The notes beneath the pieces are model-generated. The model was not told the origin of the DNA and ran no database searches. It saw only the letters and a program-made list of their open reading frames with translations. Of a DNA stretch of 47,825 nt, positions 1 to 10,128 are shown in pieces. This DNA is from an uncultured Halobacteriales archaeon (GTDB taxonomy: Archaea; Halobacteriota; Halobacteria; Halobacteriales; Haloarculaceae): NCBI GenBank assembly GCA_964581735.1, contig CAZOQK010000001.1, forward strand, positions 1 through 47,825, read 5' to 3'. Every line of letters starts with the position of its first letter. Position 1 is the stretch's first letter. The translations under genes and the position numbers were made by a program.

Positions 1-855
1 GTCGTGGGCTGTCGGATGAACCCGATGGACACCAACTGGCAGGCACCGGCGTTCATCCGCCCGGACGAACAGACCATCATCCACGCCGACATCGACACGC
101 GCAACGCCGGTTGGGTCTACCCAGCCGATGTCGCGCTCATCGGTGACGCCGCACAGAGTCTCGCCGATGTCGCCGACATACTCCCAGACAGCGTCGGTAG
201 CGACTGGGCGCGCGAGCGCGCCGCGAGCGCCCGCGAGTCGTTTTTCCACCACAAGTGTGACTCGGATGCCTCGCCGATCAAACCCCAGCGTGCAGTCAAG
301 GAAATCCAGGCGGTCGTCGACGAGGACACCATCGTCACCGCCGACTCGGGGAACAACCGCTTCTGGCTGCTGAACTACCTCCAGACACCCGACACCCGGA
401 CGTACTTCGGTAGCGGCGGTGTGGGCGCGATGGGGTGGGCGGCCCCCGCCGCGGTCTCCGCCGCAATTACGACCGACAATGACATAATCGGCGTCGCCGG
501 CGACGGCGGGTTCACCATGACGATGACCAGCGTCGAGACTGCCGTCGACCACGGCGTCGCCCCCACCTTCGTCGTCCTCAATGATACAAGCCTCGGGATG
601 GTTCGCCAGATGCAACACGACGAGGACGACATCGCGGGCGTCGAGTTCCACGACACCGACTTTACCAAGATTGCAGAAGCCTTCGGCGCACGGGCGACCC
701 GAGCCGTCACGCCAGACGAACTGGCCGCCGCACTTGAGACTGGCACCAGTGCCGACGTGCCCTTCGTCATCGACGCGCGAATCGATCGGGAGGAAGAGAT
801 GGTCGACTCGCTGCAGTCCTCCTTTTACGAACAGGTCGGGGGGCTCCACGAGTGA
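1..855 (+). CDS. Thiamine-diphosphate-dependent enzyme (acetolactate synthase-like/decarboxylase family), 5'-truncated by window
   Basis: Frame open from base 1; ThDP-binding motif GDGGFTM...VVLND; GAMGWAAPAAV and IIHADID motifs. Confidence 0.9.
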   Translation, partial: VVGCRMNPMDTNWQAPAFIRPDEQTIIHADIDTRNAGWVYPADVALIGDAAQSLADVADILPDSVGSDWARERAASARESFFHHKCDSDASPIKPQRAVKEIQAVVDEDTIVTADSGNNRFWLLNYLQTPDTRTYFGSGGVGAMGWAAPAAVSAAITTDNDIIGVAGDGGFTMTMTSVETAVDHGVAPTFVVLNDTSLGMVRQMQHDEDDIAGVEFHDTDFTKIAEAFGARATRAVTPDELAAALETGTSADVPFVIDARIDREEEMVDSLQSSFYEQVGGLHE

Positions 856-913
856 CCAACGAGTCACCCAACAAAGCGTATAAACCGACGACCGACCATA
901 CTCTGACATACCA

Positions 914-1876
914 ATGACAGACAACACCGTACTCGTGACTGGTGGTACAGGTTTCCTCGGCTCCTACGTCGTCGAGGATCTCGTCAACGGCGGCCACGAT
1001 GTCGTCGCCTACGACCTCTCAACGGACGACCGCATCCTCGCGAAACTCGGCGTCGCCGACGACATCGAGATTCGCCGCGGCGACGTTTCCGAACCGACCG
1101 ACGTGGTTCGGGCGGTCAAAGAGACGGGGACGACTCACATCGTCCACCTCGCCGCCCTCCTGACCAACACCGCACGCGACGATCCGCGTGCCGCACTCGA
1201 TGTCAACGTACAGGGGACAAACGCCGTCTTCGAGGCCGCACGCACCCTCGACGACCAGGTCGAACGGGTCGCATGGGCCTCCAGTGCTGCGGTCTACGCG
1301 CCGCCGGCCAACTACGACGCCGAGTACGTCAACGAGGACGAACTGGTCTACCCCGATACGCTCTACGGCGCGACCAAGGAGTACAACGAACACCAGGCCC
1401 GGGTCTACCACGAGGACTACGACCTCGACCACGTCGCGCTGCGCCCGACCGTCGCCTACGGTCCCTACCGCGAGACCGGTGGCTCGGCCTTTCTCGCCAA
1501 CATTATCGAAAAGCCCGCTCTGGGGGACTCGTTCAGCGTCGAGTACGGCGATCAGGTCATCGACTGGCAACACGCCCGCGACATCGCACAGGCGTTCCGG
1601 AAAGCGACCTTCGTCAATGAATCCGACCTCTCCCAGCGCGTCTACAACGTCCGTGGCGTCCTCGCCACCATCCAGGAAGCGGCCGACACGGTCCGTGAGA
1701 TTATCCCCGGCGCCGACATCACCGTCACCGACGAGGGGGAGCTTCCCTGGACGCAGAACCTCGATATGACCGCCGCACAGGAGGATCTCGGCTACGAAGT
1801 CGAGTACGACCTCGAAACCGGCTTCCGCTCGTACATCAACACGCTGCGCGAAGTGAACGGGCTGGAACCGGTCTAA
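914..1876 (+). CDS. NAD-dependent epimerase/dehydratase (extended SDR)
   Basis: TGGTGFLG Rossmann motif, HLAA, SSAAVY, catalytic YGATK; TATA-like TATAAA at 879-884. Confidence 0.92.
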   Translation: MTDNTVLVTGGTGFLGSYVVEDLVNGGHDVVAYDLSTDDRILAKLGVADDIEIRRGDVSEPTDVVRAVKETGTTHIVHLAALLTNTARDDPRAALDVNVQGTNAVFEAARTLDDQVERVAWASSAAVYAPPANYDAEYVNEDELVYPDTLYGATKEYNEHQARVYHEDYDLDHVALRPTVAYGPYRETGGSAFLANIIEKPALGDSFSVEYGDQVIDWQHARDIAQAFRKATFVNESDLSQRVYNVRGVLATIQEAADTVREIIPGADITVTDEGELPWTQNLDMTAAQEDLGYEVEYDLETGFRSYINTLREVNGLEPV

Positions 1877-1901
1877 ACGCACCGCATCCGGCCGTCTCCC
1901 G

Positions 1902-2375
1902 CTACGTTTCGCCGAGGCGCTCGCCGTCGACGTAGAGTTTGTCGGGGGCGGGTCGGCCCTTGTCGTAGCCCTCGTGATACTCGAACAGCTGGAACAGTGC
2001 GCCGGTCGGGTTCGACGGCGGAATAAACGCCTCCGTCCAGTCGTCGTACTCGCGGTACTCGACGACGTGCAGTCCGGCCGCCTCGATTGTTGCGGCGACG
2101 ATATCGATGTCCGCAACCTCAAGCGTGACGTGGTGCAACCCGGGACCGTGCTCCTCCAGATACTCAGTCAGAAACGTGTCCTCCGCCTCTGGGGCAATGA
2201 GTTCGAGGCGGGATGCCCCGTGGCCGAAGTCGTACTGTGCCCACCGGAACCGTCCCTCAACGGACTCCTCGATGAGTTTCCGGCAACCAAAGGCAAAGAG
2301 GACGCCCTCGGCGTCGGCGATGGAGTCGACAGCGATACCGGTGTGGTCGACGCGGACCGTTGGGTGTTCGGACAT
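1902..2375 (-). CDS. VOC/glyoxalase family protein (methylmalonyl-CoA epimerase-like)
   Basis: DHTGIAV, LELIAP and GPGLHHVTLEV motifs. Confidence 0.85.
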   Translation of the reverse strand: MSEHPTVRVDHTGIAVDSIADAEGVLFAFGCRKLIEESVEGRFRWAQYDFGHGASRLELIAPEAEDTFLTEYLEEHGPGLHHVTLEVADIDIVAATIEAAGLHVVEYREYDDWTEAFIPPSNPTGALFQLFEYHEGYDKGRPAPDKLYVDGERLGET

Positions 2376-2528
2376 CGTTGTACGGTCGCTCGTAGACCGA
2401 CCTATATTCTTCGACGGGCACCATCTTGCACTCCTTCACTGAAAAGTCGCCTTTCGAGAGATAATATGACACACCAACCGGGAGAAATCTTATGCCACAT
2501 TGTTTCATAACGGTTAACACAGCTTGAC

Positions 2529-4064
2529 ATGACTCACGACAACATGACGCACGACTTCGTTATCGTCGGTGCCGGGTCAGCCGGCTGTGCACTTGCCCAC
2601 CGCCTCTCCGAGGACGGGGACAACGATGTCCTCTTGCTCGAAGCCGGGGAACCAGACGACAGGGAGGAGATTCACGCGCCGCCCCGGTTCCCGGAGCTGT
2701 ACAGCTCGGCGGTCGACTGGGACTACCACACGGCCCCGCAGCCGGAGCTGAGCGACCGGCAACTCTACCACCCTCGGGGGAAGACACTCGGTGGGTCGAG
2801 TTCGCTCAACGGGATGATATACATCCGCGGGCATCCGAGCGACTATGACACGTGGGCGGGGCTGGGCAACGATGGATGGGAGTACGACGACCTTCTCCCG
2901 TACTTCAAGCGGGCGGAACACTTCGCGCCCGGCGACGGTGAGTACCACGGCGAGGGCGGGCCGCTGAACGTCGCCGGACAGGTCGAGCCACACCCGGTCT
3001 CGGAAGCGCTCATCGAGGGAATGGCCGAAGTCGGCATCGAGCGCAACCCCGACTTCAACGCTGGCCGCCAGGAGGGCAGCGGGTTCTACCACCTGACACA
3101 GAAGAACGGCGAACGGTGCAGCAGCGCGGCCGCGTACATCACGCCCGTGCTGGACCGTCCGAACCTGACTGTCGAGACGGAGGCACAGGTGACGAGCGTC
3201 ACGTTCGACGGGGACCAGGCCGTCGGCGTCGAGTACGAACAGGACGGCACGACCGTCGCCGCCGGGGCCAGCGAGGAGGTCGTCCTCTCGGCGGGCGCAA
3301 TCAACTCGCCGCAGCTGCTCATGCTGTCGGGTATCGGCCCGGCCGAGCATCTCCGCGACCACGGTGTCGAGGTCAGGGCCGACCTTCCCGGCGTCGGCCG
3401 GAACCTCCAGGACCACCTGAAACTCGGCGTCGTCTACGAGCAAAGTAACGGACCACCGGCCCCGGCGCCGACCTCTAATGTCGTCGAGACGGGCTGTTTC
3501 GTCCGGACCGACGAGGACATGCCGGCGCCGAACCTCCAGTTCCACAACGCGCCGGTGTACCTGCTCGAACACGGCCTCGGCGCACCGGACGACGACCGCA
3601 CGTTCTTTACGATGATGCCGACACAGATCCGGCCGGAGAGCAGCGGGACGGTCCGGCTGGCTTCGGTCGACCCGCACGAACCCCCGATTATCGACCCCGA
3701 GTACCTGCGCGCCGACGGCGACATTGAGCCACTCGTCGAGGGGGTCAAACTCGCCCGGGAAATCGCCGACACCGACGCGCTCGAACCGTACTGTGGACCG
3801 GAGGTCCACCCGGGGCCGGACGTGACCTCGGAACAAGGCATCCGGGAGTTCGTCCGCGACCACGCCTCGACGGTGTACCATCCGGTCGGGACCTGTAAAA
3901 TGGGCAACGACGAGATGGCCGTGGTCGACGACAGGCTGCGCGTCAGAGGCGTCGAGGGGCTGCGCGTTGTGGACGCGTCGGTCATGCCACGCATCGTCGG
4001 CGGGAACACGAACGCGCCGACCATCGCCATCGCGGAGAAGGCGGCGGACCTGCTGACGGCGTAA
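2529..4064 (+). CDS. GMC oxidoreductase (choline dehydrogenase/aryl-alcohol oxidase-like); alternative start 2544
   Basis: GAGSAG FAD motif, RGKTLGGSSSLNGMIY, GRNLQDH, YHPVGTCKMG, GNTNAPTIAIAE. Confidence 0.93.
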   Translation: MTHDNMTHDFVIVGAGSAGCALAHRLSEDGDNDVLLLEAGEPDDREEIHAPPRFPELYSSAVDWDYHTAPQPELSDRQLYHPRGKTLGGSSSLNGMIYIRGHPSDYDTWAGLGNDGWEYDDLLPYFKRAEHFAPGDGEYHGEGGPLNVAGQVEPHPVSEALIEGMAEVGIERNPDFNAGRQEGSGFYHLTQKNGERCSSAAAYITPVLDRPNLTVETEAQVTSVTFDGDQAVGVEYEQDGTTVAAGASEEVVLSAGAINSPQLLMLSGIGPAEHLRDHGVEVRADLPGVGRNLQDHLKLGVVYEQSNGPPAPAPTSNVVETGCFVRTDEDMPAPNLQFHNAPVYLLEHGLGAPDDDRTFFTMMPTQIRPESSGTVRLASVDPHEPPIIDPEYLRADGDIEPLVEGVKLAREIADTDALEPYCGPEVHPGPDVTSEQGIREFVRDHASTVYHPVGTCKMGNDEMAVVDDRLRVRGVEGLRVVDASVMPRIVGGNTNAPTIAIAEKAADLLTA

Positions 4065-4132
4065 CCGTCGGGTCCGCTCCGTGTCACCGCTGGCCGCTGG
4101 CAACTGTCGCCGGGAGGCTGTGCCGCTCGCGG

Positions 4133-5572
4133 TCAGTTCGCGGTTTCGGCTTCTATCGCGCTCCCGAGTGCGACCAGCGTCGCCTCGTCGCGCCGGGCGC
4201 CGACGAACTCCAGGCCGACCGGCTCGCCGTCGGCCGTCTCGACGGGCACCGACAGCGCGGGGTGGCCAGTGAGATTGAACGGGACGGTGTTGGTGACGGT
4301 CCGGGCGAAGTCCTCGTTGCTCGTTATCGCGCCGAACTCGGGCGCCGTCATCGGCGTCGTCGGCGCGACGAGCGCGTCGTAGCTCCTAAGCACCTTGTCG
4401 ACGACGCTGGTAAACGCAGTGCCGAGGTTCTGTGCGGCGACGTAGTGGTCGAACCCGTCAGCGGCGAGCGCGCTGTTGGTCAGTATCTGCTCGCGGACGT
4501 TCACACCGAGGTCCGGTGACCGGACGGCCGCTCGGACGGCACTGCGCCACTGCTCGCTGTGACCGGTGCCGGTCCCGACGAGTTGCCCGTCGGCGAGTGC
4601 CAGCGCGGCGAACTCCGCGCCTGCGACGGCCAACCCGGCCAGCGTGGCCGCCTCGAACTGCGGGAGGGAAACCGATTCAGCGGTGACGCCGTGGTCGCCC
4701 AGGGCGTCGACAGCCGTCTCGACTGCCGCCGCGACGGGCTCGTCGGACGCCGCCATCGCGGGCTCGATGATGCCGAGGCTGAACCGGTCAACGGAGGTAT
4801 CGAGGCCGTCGGCGACGGCCGGTGGCGCGGGTCCGCCCATTGATGAGGGGTCCCGGGGGTGTGGCCCGGCGATGGTGTCGTGAACGCGGGCGGCCGTCTC
4901 AACGTCCCTGGCCAGCGGGCCGACGCAGTCAAGCGAGGGGGCGAGGTCGGCAAAGCCAAACCGCGGGACGAGCCGGTGGGTCGGTTTCAGCCCGACGACG
5001 CCACAGAAGGATGCGGGGATGCGGATGCTGCCGCCGGTGTCGCTGCCAAGCGCCGCGTCCAGTAGGCCAGCGGCGACCGCCGCGCCGCTCCCGCTGGAGG
5101 AGCCACCCGGGACCACGCCCTCGTTCCGGGGGTTCTCGATGGGGTCGAACGCACACGTCTCCCCGGTGGTGAAGTAGGCGAACTCGTCCATGTTCGTCGT
5201 CGCGGTCACATCGGCCCCGGCCTCGTGGAGTCGGTCGACGACCGTCGCGTGGTAGTCAGGCGTAAACTCGACGGCTGCCGAGCCACAGTGCATCGGCACG
5301 CCCGCGACGGCGAGGTTGTCCTTCACGCCCAACGCCAGCCCGTCGACCGGCCCGTCGGTCTCGGGCAGGTCAAAGCGGTGTCTGACGGCGTTGTATTCGT
5401 CGGCCCCGTCCTCAATGTCCGTCGCCGCCGTCGCCGTCGGCGTGTCCACCGGGAGGTCGTCGTACTGTGTGGCCATGCCACGGGCCGCTTCGGCGTACGC
5501 CGCAATGTCGTCCTCTGTCAGTTCCAGCCCGAGCCGCTGTGTGACCGCTTGCACGTCTGTGTCATCTATCAT
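4133..5572 (-). CDS. Amidase signature family enzyme
   Basis: KDN, GGSSSGSG, GSDTGGSIRIPASFCG (Lys-cisSer-Ser triad). Start placed at ATG 5572 because the longer ORF overlaps the divergent gene. Confidence 0.9.
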   Translation of the reverse strand: MIDDTDVQAVTQRLGLELTEDDIAAYAEAARGMATQYDDLPVDTPTATAATDIEDGADEYNAVRHRFDLPETDGPVDGLALGVKDNLAVAGVPMHCGSAAVEFTPDYHATVVDRLHEAGADVTATTNMDEFAYFTTGETCAFDPIENPRNEGVVPGGSSSGSGAAVAAGLLDAALGSDTGGSIRIPASFCGVVGLKPTHRLVPRFGFADLAPSLDCVGPLARDVETAARVHDTIAGPHPRDPSSMGGPAPPAVADGLDTSVDRFSLGIIEPAMAASDEPVAAAVETAVDALGDHGVTAESVSLPQFEAATLAGLAVAGAEFAALALADGQLVGTGTGHSEQWRSAVRAAVRSPDLGVNVREQILTNSALAADGFDHYVAAQNLGTAFTSVVDKVLRSYDALVAPTTPMTAPEFGAITSNEDFARTVTNTVPFNLTGHPALSVPVETADGEPVGLEFVGARRDEATLVALGSAIEAETAN

Positions 5573-5654
5573 GCGTGTGGGATATAGACCCATACCCACT
5601 AAATCCTGGTGCGGGAAATCCGGAGTTTGATTAGGACCCTCCCTGTACGGTCCT

Positions 5655-6926
5655 ATGATGTACGACCGCGACTTCATGGAAGGCACGCGTGGCACCATGG
5701 CCGTCGATTGGGAGGAACGAATCGATGTCCAGCGGATGCGACGCGAGCGCACGGAGAAAGCACTAAAGCGACTGCAGGACTCGGAGCTTGGGTCGATGCT
5801 GCTCATCAACGACCCGAACGTCCGCTACGTGACTGGCCTCGCGATGACCGGCGGCAGCGGCGCCGACCACTACACCCTGCTGACGGAGGATGGCGACATC
5901 ATCCACTGGGACACCGCAGACCACGCCTCGAACCAGAAGTTCAACTGCCCCTGGTTGGACGACATCCGCTATGCCTGCCCCGGCCTTGGGAACGTCCCGC
6001 GGGCCTCGACGAGTGCCTCCGCCCGGGACTGGCTGAAGGACAAGATGGCCGAAACCGTCTACACGGCCATGGAGGAGTACGGCGTCGACAGGGAGCCGAT
6101 AGGTATCGACGTGGGCAACGACGCCCTCATCAAGAAGTTCGAGGATCGCGGCGTCGATATCGATACTGCGGCGGCGACGGATATCATGCTTGACGCGCGC
6201 AAGGTGAAGACCCGGGACGAAATCGAGTGTCTCCGGCAGGTCGCGGCCATCTGTGAAGCCGGTTTCCAGAAGATTACCGAAACCGCCAAACCGGGAATGC
6301 GTGAATCGGAAGTCTGGGGCGAGGCCGTCGGCGAACTCTGGCGCCACGGCGCGATGGCCCAGGGCGGCTACGTCACCTCCGGCCCGAACACCTGGCCTAA
6401 ACACCAAGCAAACACGACCGACCGCGCCATCCGCCCGAACGACCTCGTGTACGCGGACTTTTATAACATCGGCTATCTGGGCTACCGCTCGTGTTACTAC
6501 CGCACCTTCAGCATGGGCGAGCCCACCCAGGCCCAGAAGGATGCCTACGAGAAGGCTCGCGACGACCTCTACGACGTGCTCGAACGCATCGAGCCGGGCG
6601 CGACCACCGACGAAATCTGCAAAGGCTTCCCGGAAGAAGAGGGCGAGCACATGGACTGGTATGGGGCCGACGACTTCTGGCAGATGACCACCAACCACTG
6701 GGCGCATGGGCTGGGTCTCCAGCTCTATGAGACGCCGCTCATCTGGCGGGGCATCTCGCCCGACCACCCCATCGAAATCGAGGAGGGCATGACGATGGCC
6801 GTCGAGACGATGCAGCCCGCCGACCGCCAGGGTGTGCGTGTCGAAGAGATGGTCGTCGTTCGCGAGAACGGCGTCGAAATCCTCTCCGAGTGGCCCGTCG
6901 GAGAGATTACCCGCATCGACTACTGA
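5655..6926 (+). CDS. M24 (pita-bread fold) Xaa-Pro peptidase/creatinase-like hydrolase
   Basis: NVRYVTG, RKVKTRDEI, HGLGL, AVET, VRVEEMVVV motifs. Confidence 0.87.
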   Translation: MMYDRDFMEGTRGTMAVDWEERIDVQRMRRERTEKALKRLQDSELGSMLLINDPNVRYVTGLAMTGGSGADHYTLLTEDGDIIHWDTADHASNQKFNCPWLDDIRYACPGLGNVPRASTSASARDWLKDKMAETVYTAMEEYGVDREPIGIDVGNDALIKKFEDRGVDIDTAAATDIMLDARKVKTRDEIECLRQVAAICEAGFQKITETAKPGMRESEVWGEAVGELWRHGAMAQGGYVTSGPNTWPKHQANTTDRAIRPNDLVYADFYNIGYLGYRSCYYRTFSMGEPTQAQKDAYEKARDDLYDVLERIEPGATTDEICKGFPEEEGEHMDWYGADDFWQMTTNHWAHGLGLQLYETPLIWRGISPDHPIEIEEGMTMAVETMQPADRQGVRVEEMVVVRENGVEILSEWPVGEITRIDY

Positions 6927-6947
6927 GCGGCGCGCAGTCGGGCAGTT

Positions 6948-7352
6948 TCAATCGGTCCCCTCGAAGGCACGAATCTTCTCGACCCATGGTTCGGGGACCG
7001 GTGCGGGCGTATCCGCGTCGTCAAGGACGACGTGGACCACTTCCCCCTCGGCGGCGAGGTCGCCATCGGCCTCGGCTTCGAACGCCATCGTGAGACTCGA
7101 CTCACCGATATCGGTGACCCAGTAGCGGACGGCGACCGATGCGCCGTAGGTGATGGGGGCACGGTAGTCGATGTCCTGTCCGGCGATAGCGCCGTTGGTG
7201 TCCGTAATCGCAGTGTCGAGCACGTCCCGGAAGTAGCGGACGCGCGCTTCCTCGACGTACTGGAGGACGACGCCGTTGTGGACCTGTCCCATCGGGTCGA
7301 GGTCGCGAAAGCGAACGGTGACAGTGGTCTCGTAGGGGTCGGTGGCTGGCAT
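6948..7352 (-). CDS. Acyl-CoA thioesterase, 4HBT/YbgC hot-dog family
   Basis: VRFRDLDPMGQVHN...YVEEAR and IDYRAP motifs. Confidence 0.88.
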   Translation of the reverse strand: MPATDPYETTVTVRFRDLDPMGQVHNGVVLQYVEEARVRYFRDVLDTAITDTNGAIAGQDIDYRAPITYGASVAVRYWVTDIGESSLTMAFEAEADGDLAAEGEVVHVVLDDADTPAPVPEPWVEKIRAFEGTD

Positions 7353-7399
7353 GGGTCAGGATGTCGCCGGACGCCACATAGACGTGCTGGTTCGGACGC

Positions 7400-8677
7400 T
7401 CAGTCCGCGCGGCGGTGGAGCCAGGCGGCACAGACCAGCGCGATGAGGCCACTCACGGCCGCGACGCCGAAGGCGACCCGATAGCCAAAGAGTGTGTAGA
7501 CGCGACTCCCTGCCACCGTCTCGCCCGTCCAGAAGATATCCAGGACAAGCCCCATCACACCCGGGAGGACGGCCGCGCCGAGAAAGCCCATTCCGTTGAC
7601 GGTCCCGGTCGCGGTGCCCGACCGCTCGGCGGTGTGGCGCTCCTTGATGACGGTGTAGGCCAGCGTGAACCCGCCCAGCAGGAACATGACGCCGAAAAAG
7701 ACGAGGCCGACGTACCACAGCGGCGGCGTCCCGAGGACGACGATGCTCGCGTACGCGAAAAAATAGACGACGGCGACCGAGAGGATGATACCGGTCCGGT
7801 TGCCGAGGCGGTCCGAAAGCCACCCCAGGATGGGCGACCCGAAGACGAGGCCGGCGTTGCCCACGAGCGTGTAGAGCGACGCCGTCTGGACGGACACGTC
7901 GTAGGCCTGAACGACGTAGGGCACGCCCCACAGCCCCATGACGGTGAAGTTCATCCCCGTGGCAAAAAACAGCATCCAGCCCATAATCCACGTGTCGCGT
8001 CTGCCAAATACCGCCCTGACGCCGTCGAGGACCTGCAAGAACGTCTGCTCGGCGGACTCTTGGGTCCCCTCGACGGCAGAGAGCCCGGCATCGGACGGCG
8101 AGTCCCGGACGAGAAGAAACACGGCGACCGTGAGGACAAAGCCCGCTAGCCCGACCCACAGCAGGCCGTCGCGCCAGCCGACGACCGCGACGAGGACCGC
8201 GAGCGGGGTCGCCGCGAGCAAGCCGCCGACCGCCGACGCCGAGAGTGTCAGCCCGGTCACGGTCGCGAACTCGTCGGCCCGGTACCAGTTTGCGCAGTAC
8301 CGCAGCGTGGCGATGTAGATGACGCCGCCGCCGAAACCGATGAGCACGCGTGCCAGAAAGCCGTTGACGTACGTCCCGCTGAAGGAAAACCAGACGACGC
8401 CCAGTCCCATCACGGCCGAGCCGACGGCCGCGACGCGACGGGTCCCCCACCGGTCGGCGAGGATGCCCGCGAACAGTTGCATCGGCGCGTAGACGTAGAA
8501 AAACGCCGAGTGAAGCAGACCGAGTTCCGTGCCAGTGGTGTCGAAGACGCGACTGAGCGTCTCCGCGAGCACGCCCGTCGAGACGCGGTGGAAGTTCACG
8601 AGCACGAACGCCCCGGCGAGAGCCACCCACCCAACCCATCGGCGCTTGGTCGGGTCACTCCAGATGCGACGAAGCAT
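7400..8677 (-). CDS. MFS transporter
   Basis: About 12 hydrophobic segments; motif A twice (GILADRWGTRR, GWLSDRLGNR). Confidence 0.92.
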   Translation of the reverse strand: MLRRIWSDPTKRRWVGWVALAGAFVLVNFHRVSTGVLAETLSRVFDTTGTELGLLHSAFFYVYAPMQLFAGILADRWGTRRVAAVGSAVMGLGVVWFSFSGTYVNGFLARVLIGFGGGVIYIATLRYCANWYRADEFATVTGLTLSASAVGGLLAATPLAVLVAVVGWRDGLLWVGLAGFVLTVAVFLLVRDSPSDAGLSAVEGTQESAEQTFLQVLDGVRAVFGRRDTWIMGWMLFFATGMNFTVMGLWGVPYVVQAYDVSVQTASLYTLVGNAGLVFGSPILGWLSDRLGNRTGIILSVAVVYFFAYASIVVLGTPPLWYVGLVFFGVMFLLGGFTLAYTVIKERHTAERSGTATGTVNGMGFLGAAVLPGVMGLVLDIFWTGETVAGSRVYTLFGYRVAFGVAAVSGLIALVCAAWLHRRAD

Positions 8678-8798
8678 GCTATCGGCTAGCGTCAGTGCAC
8701 CGTCTCTGATAAATACCCGGGACGCGGCACGGCGACCGGCACCTGTGTGTCGCCGGGGCCACAGTAGAATTAAGTTGGTCGCTCCGGAACCACACGGT

Positions 8799-9803
8799 AT
8801 GCAACTCGGGACAGGGCTGTTTACCTGCCAGCAGCGCCCGGACGACGACCGCTCGACCGCCGAAATCTACGACGAGATGCTCGAACTCGGCCGAGTCATC
8901 GACGAGGCCGGGCTGGACAGTGCGTGGGTCTCCGAACACCACTTTCTCGAAGACGACTACCTCTCGGGTGTCATGCCCGCGCTGGGGGCGCTCGCCGCAG
9001 TGAGCGACGATATCGAACTCGGGTCGTGTATCGCACTCGCCCCGCTGTACGACTCGGTCCGTCTCGCCGAGGACTTCGCGACCATCGACCAGATAAGCAC
9101 CGGACGGGCGACGCTTGGCCTCGCTATCGGCTCGAACGTCGCCGAGTTCGACGCCTTCGGGGTCCCCGAAGAGGAACGCGCCGAGAGACTCAGCGACACC
9201 GTCGCGACGCTCCGTGGCGCGTGGTCCGAGGGACCGCTTGAGTACAACCCCGCGTTTCACGACATCTCCCCGGACGTGAGCGTCACGCCCAAACCCGCAC
9301 ACGACGTGCCCATTATGCTCGGCGGGGCCGCCCGTCCCGCCGTCCGCCGGGCCGCTCGCACGGCCGACGCCTGGTGTGCCCCGTCGTCGCTCTCCGTCGG
9401 CGGCGTAAAAAAGCGCGCTGAGGACATTCACAACGTCCGCGCGGAGGAGGACATCGGCGGCGACTTCCGGACTTACGTCCTCCAGCACGGCTTCGTCGGC
9501 GACTCCCAGGAAGACGCCTGGGAGCAGATGCGCGACGGCTACTTGTTCATCCAGCGCCGCTACCAGGAGATTTTCTCCGGCGAGACAGTCGAGGAACTCG
9601 ACACCGAGCGCAAACGGGAGTTGAAAGACCAGGCCATCTTCGGCACGCCCGAGCAAGTCGTCGAAGAACTGGAGACGTACCGCGAGACACTGGGCGATGA
9701 CGTGCACTTCATCTTCCGGACGTATCACCCCGGTATCGGCACCGACCGCATGGCCGAGTGCATCCGGCGGCTGGGCGACGAAGTCCGGCCGGAACTGGTC
9801 TGA
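8799..9803 (+). CDS. LLM-class (luciferase-like) flavin/F420-dependent oxidoreductase
   Basis: WVSEHHF, RLAEDFATIDQISTGR, AVRRAAR, GTPEQV; start at ATG 8799 downstream of TTAAG at 8770. Confidence 0.9.
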   Translation: MQLGTGLFTCQQRPDDDRSTAEIYDEMLELGRVIDEAGLDSAWVSEHHFLEDDYLSGVMPALGALAAVSDDIELGSCIALAPLYDSVRLAEDFATIDQISTGRATLGLAIGSNVAEFDAFGVPEEERAERLSDTVATLRGAWSEGPLEYNPAFHDISPDVSVTPKPAHDVPIMLGGAARPAVRRAARTADAWCAPSSLSVGGVKKRAEDIHNVRAEEDIGGDFRTYVLQHGFVGDSQEDAWEQMRDGYLFIQRRYQEIFSGETVEELDTERKRELKDQAIFGTPEQVVEELETYRETLGDDVHFIFRTYHPGIGTDRMAECIRRLGDEVRPELV

Positions 9804-9868
9804 GTGCGTTCGGCATCCGGTTTGCTGAGTGGTGTTTCCTTCGGCCACGGAATGGTTTAGCACGGCAA

Positions 9869-10031
9869 GAAAGCCACGGCCGTGAACGCCTCTTTCAGTC
9901 CCACCCCGTAGCTAGATTGGTCAGTCTACGCGGGTGGGACTGAAAGGGGGCGACTGGCTGCACGAACCCCGACGATGCAAGCACCTACTGGAGCGCAGCG
10001 AGTCGCGGGAGTGCAGACAGTCGGGGCTTTC
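9869..10031. repeat. REP/MITE-like palindromic intergenic element
   Basis: Perfect 15-bp IR CTTTCAGTCCCACCC (9892-9906)/GGGTGGGACTGAAAG (9932-9946); second IR GACTGGCTGCAC (9952-9963)/GTGCAGACAGTC (10011-10022); outer GAAAGCC/GGCTTTC. Confidence 0.75.
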
Positions 10032-10128
10032 GTGCTGCCCGCGGTGTCTTCCGTTCGTTTCGTAAGTGAACGTCATCTCTTTGCCCGCCCTGAAACTTTT
10101 TCCCAGCCCCTGTTGAATAGGGTAGTAT

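Noticed and set aside
2529..4064. betA symbol for the GMC enzyme
   Set aside because: Family motifs do not fix the substrate and no betaine pathway genes are adjacent
2577..4103. Long antisense or alternate-frame ORFs (also 1019-2122, 5763-6767, 7356-8639, 8679-9863, 10252-11979, 27907-29496, 46000-46920)
   Set aside because: Shadows of well-supported genes caused by high-GC codon bias; no motifs and non-halophilic composition
4133..5572. gatA assignment for either amidase
   Set aside because: No gatB/gatC nearby and the context is catabolic
5573..5809. N-terminal extensions in the ORF track (amidase 5809, LLM 8529, ALDH 18252, acylase 13358, amidase 44350)
   Set aside because: They overlap neighbouring genes or promoters; family similarity begins at downstream starts
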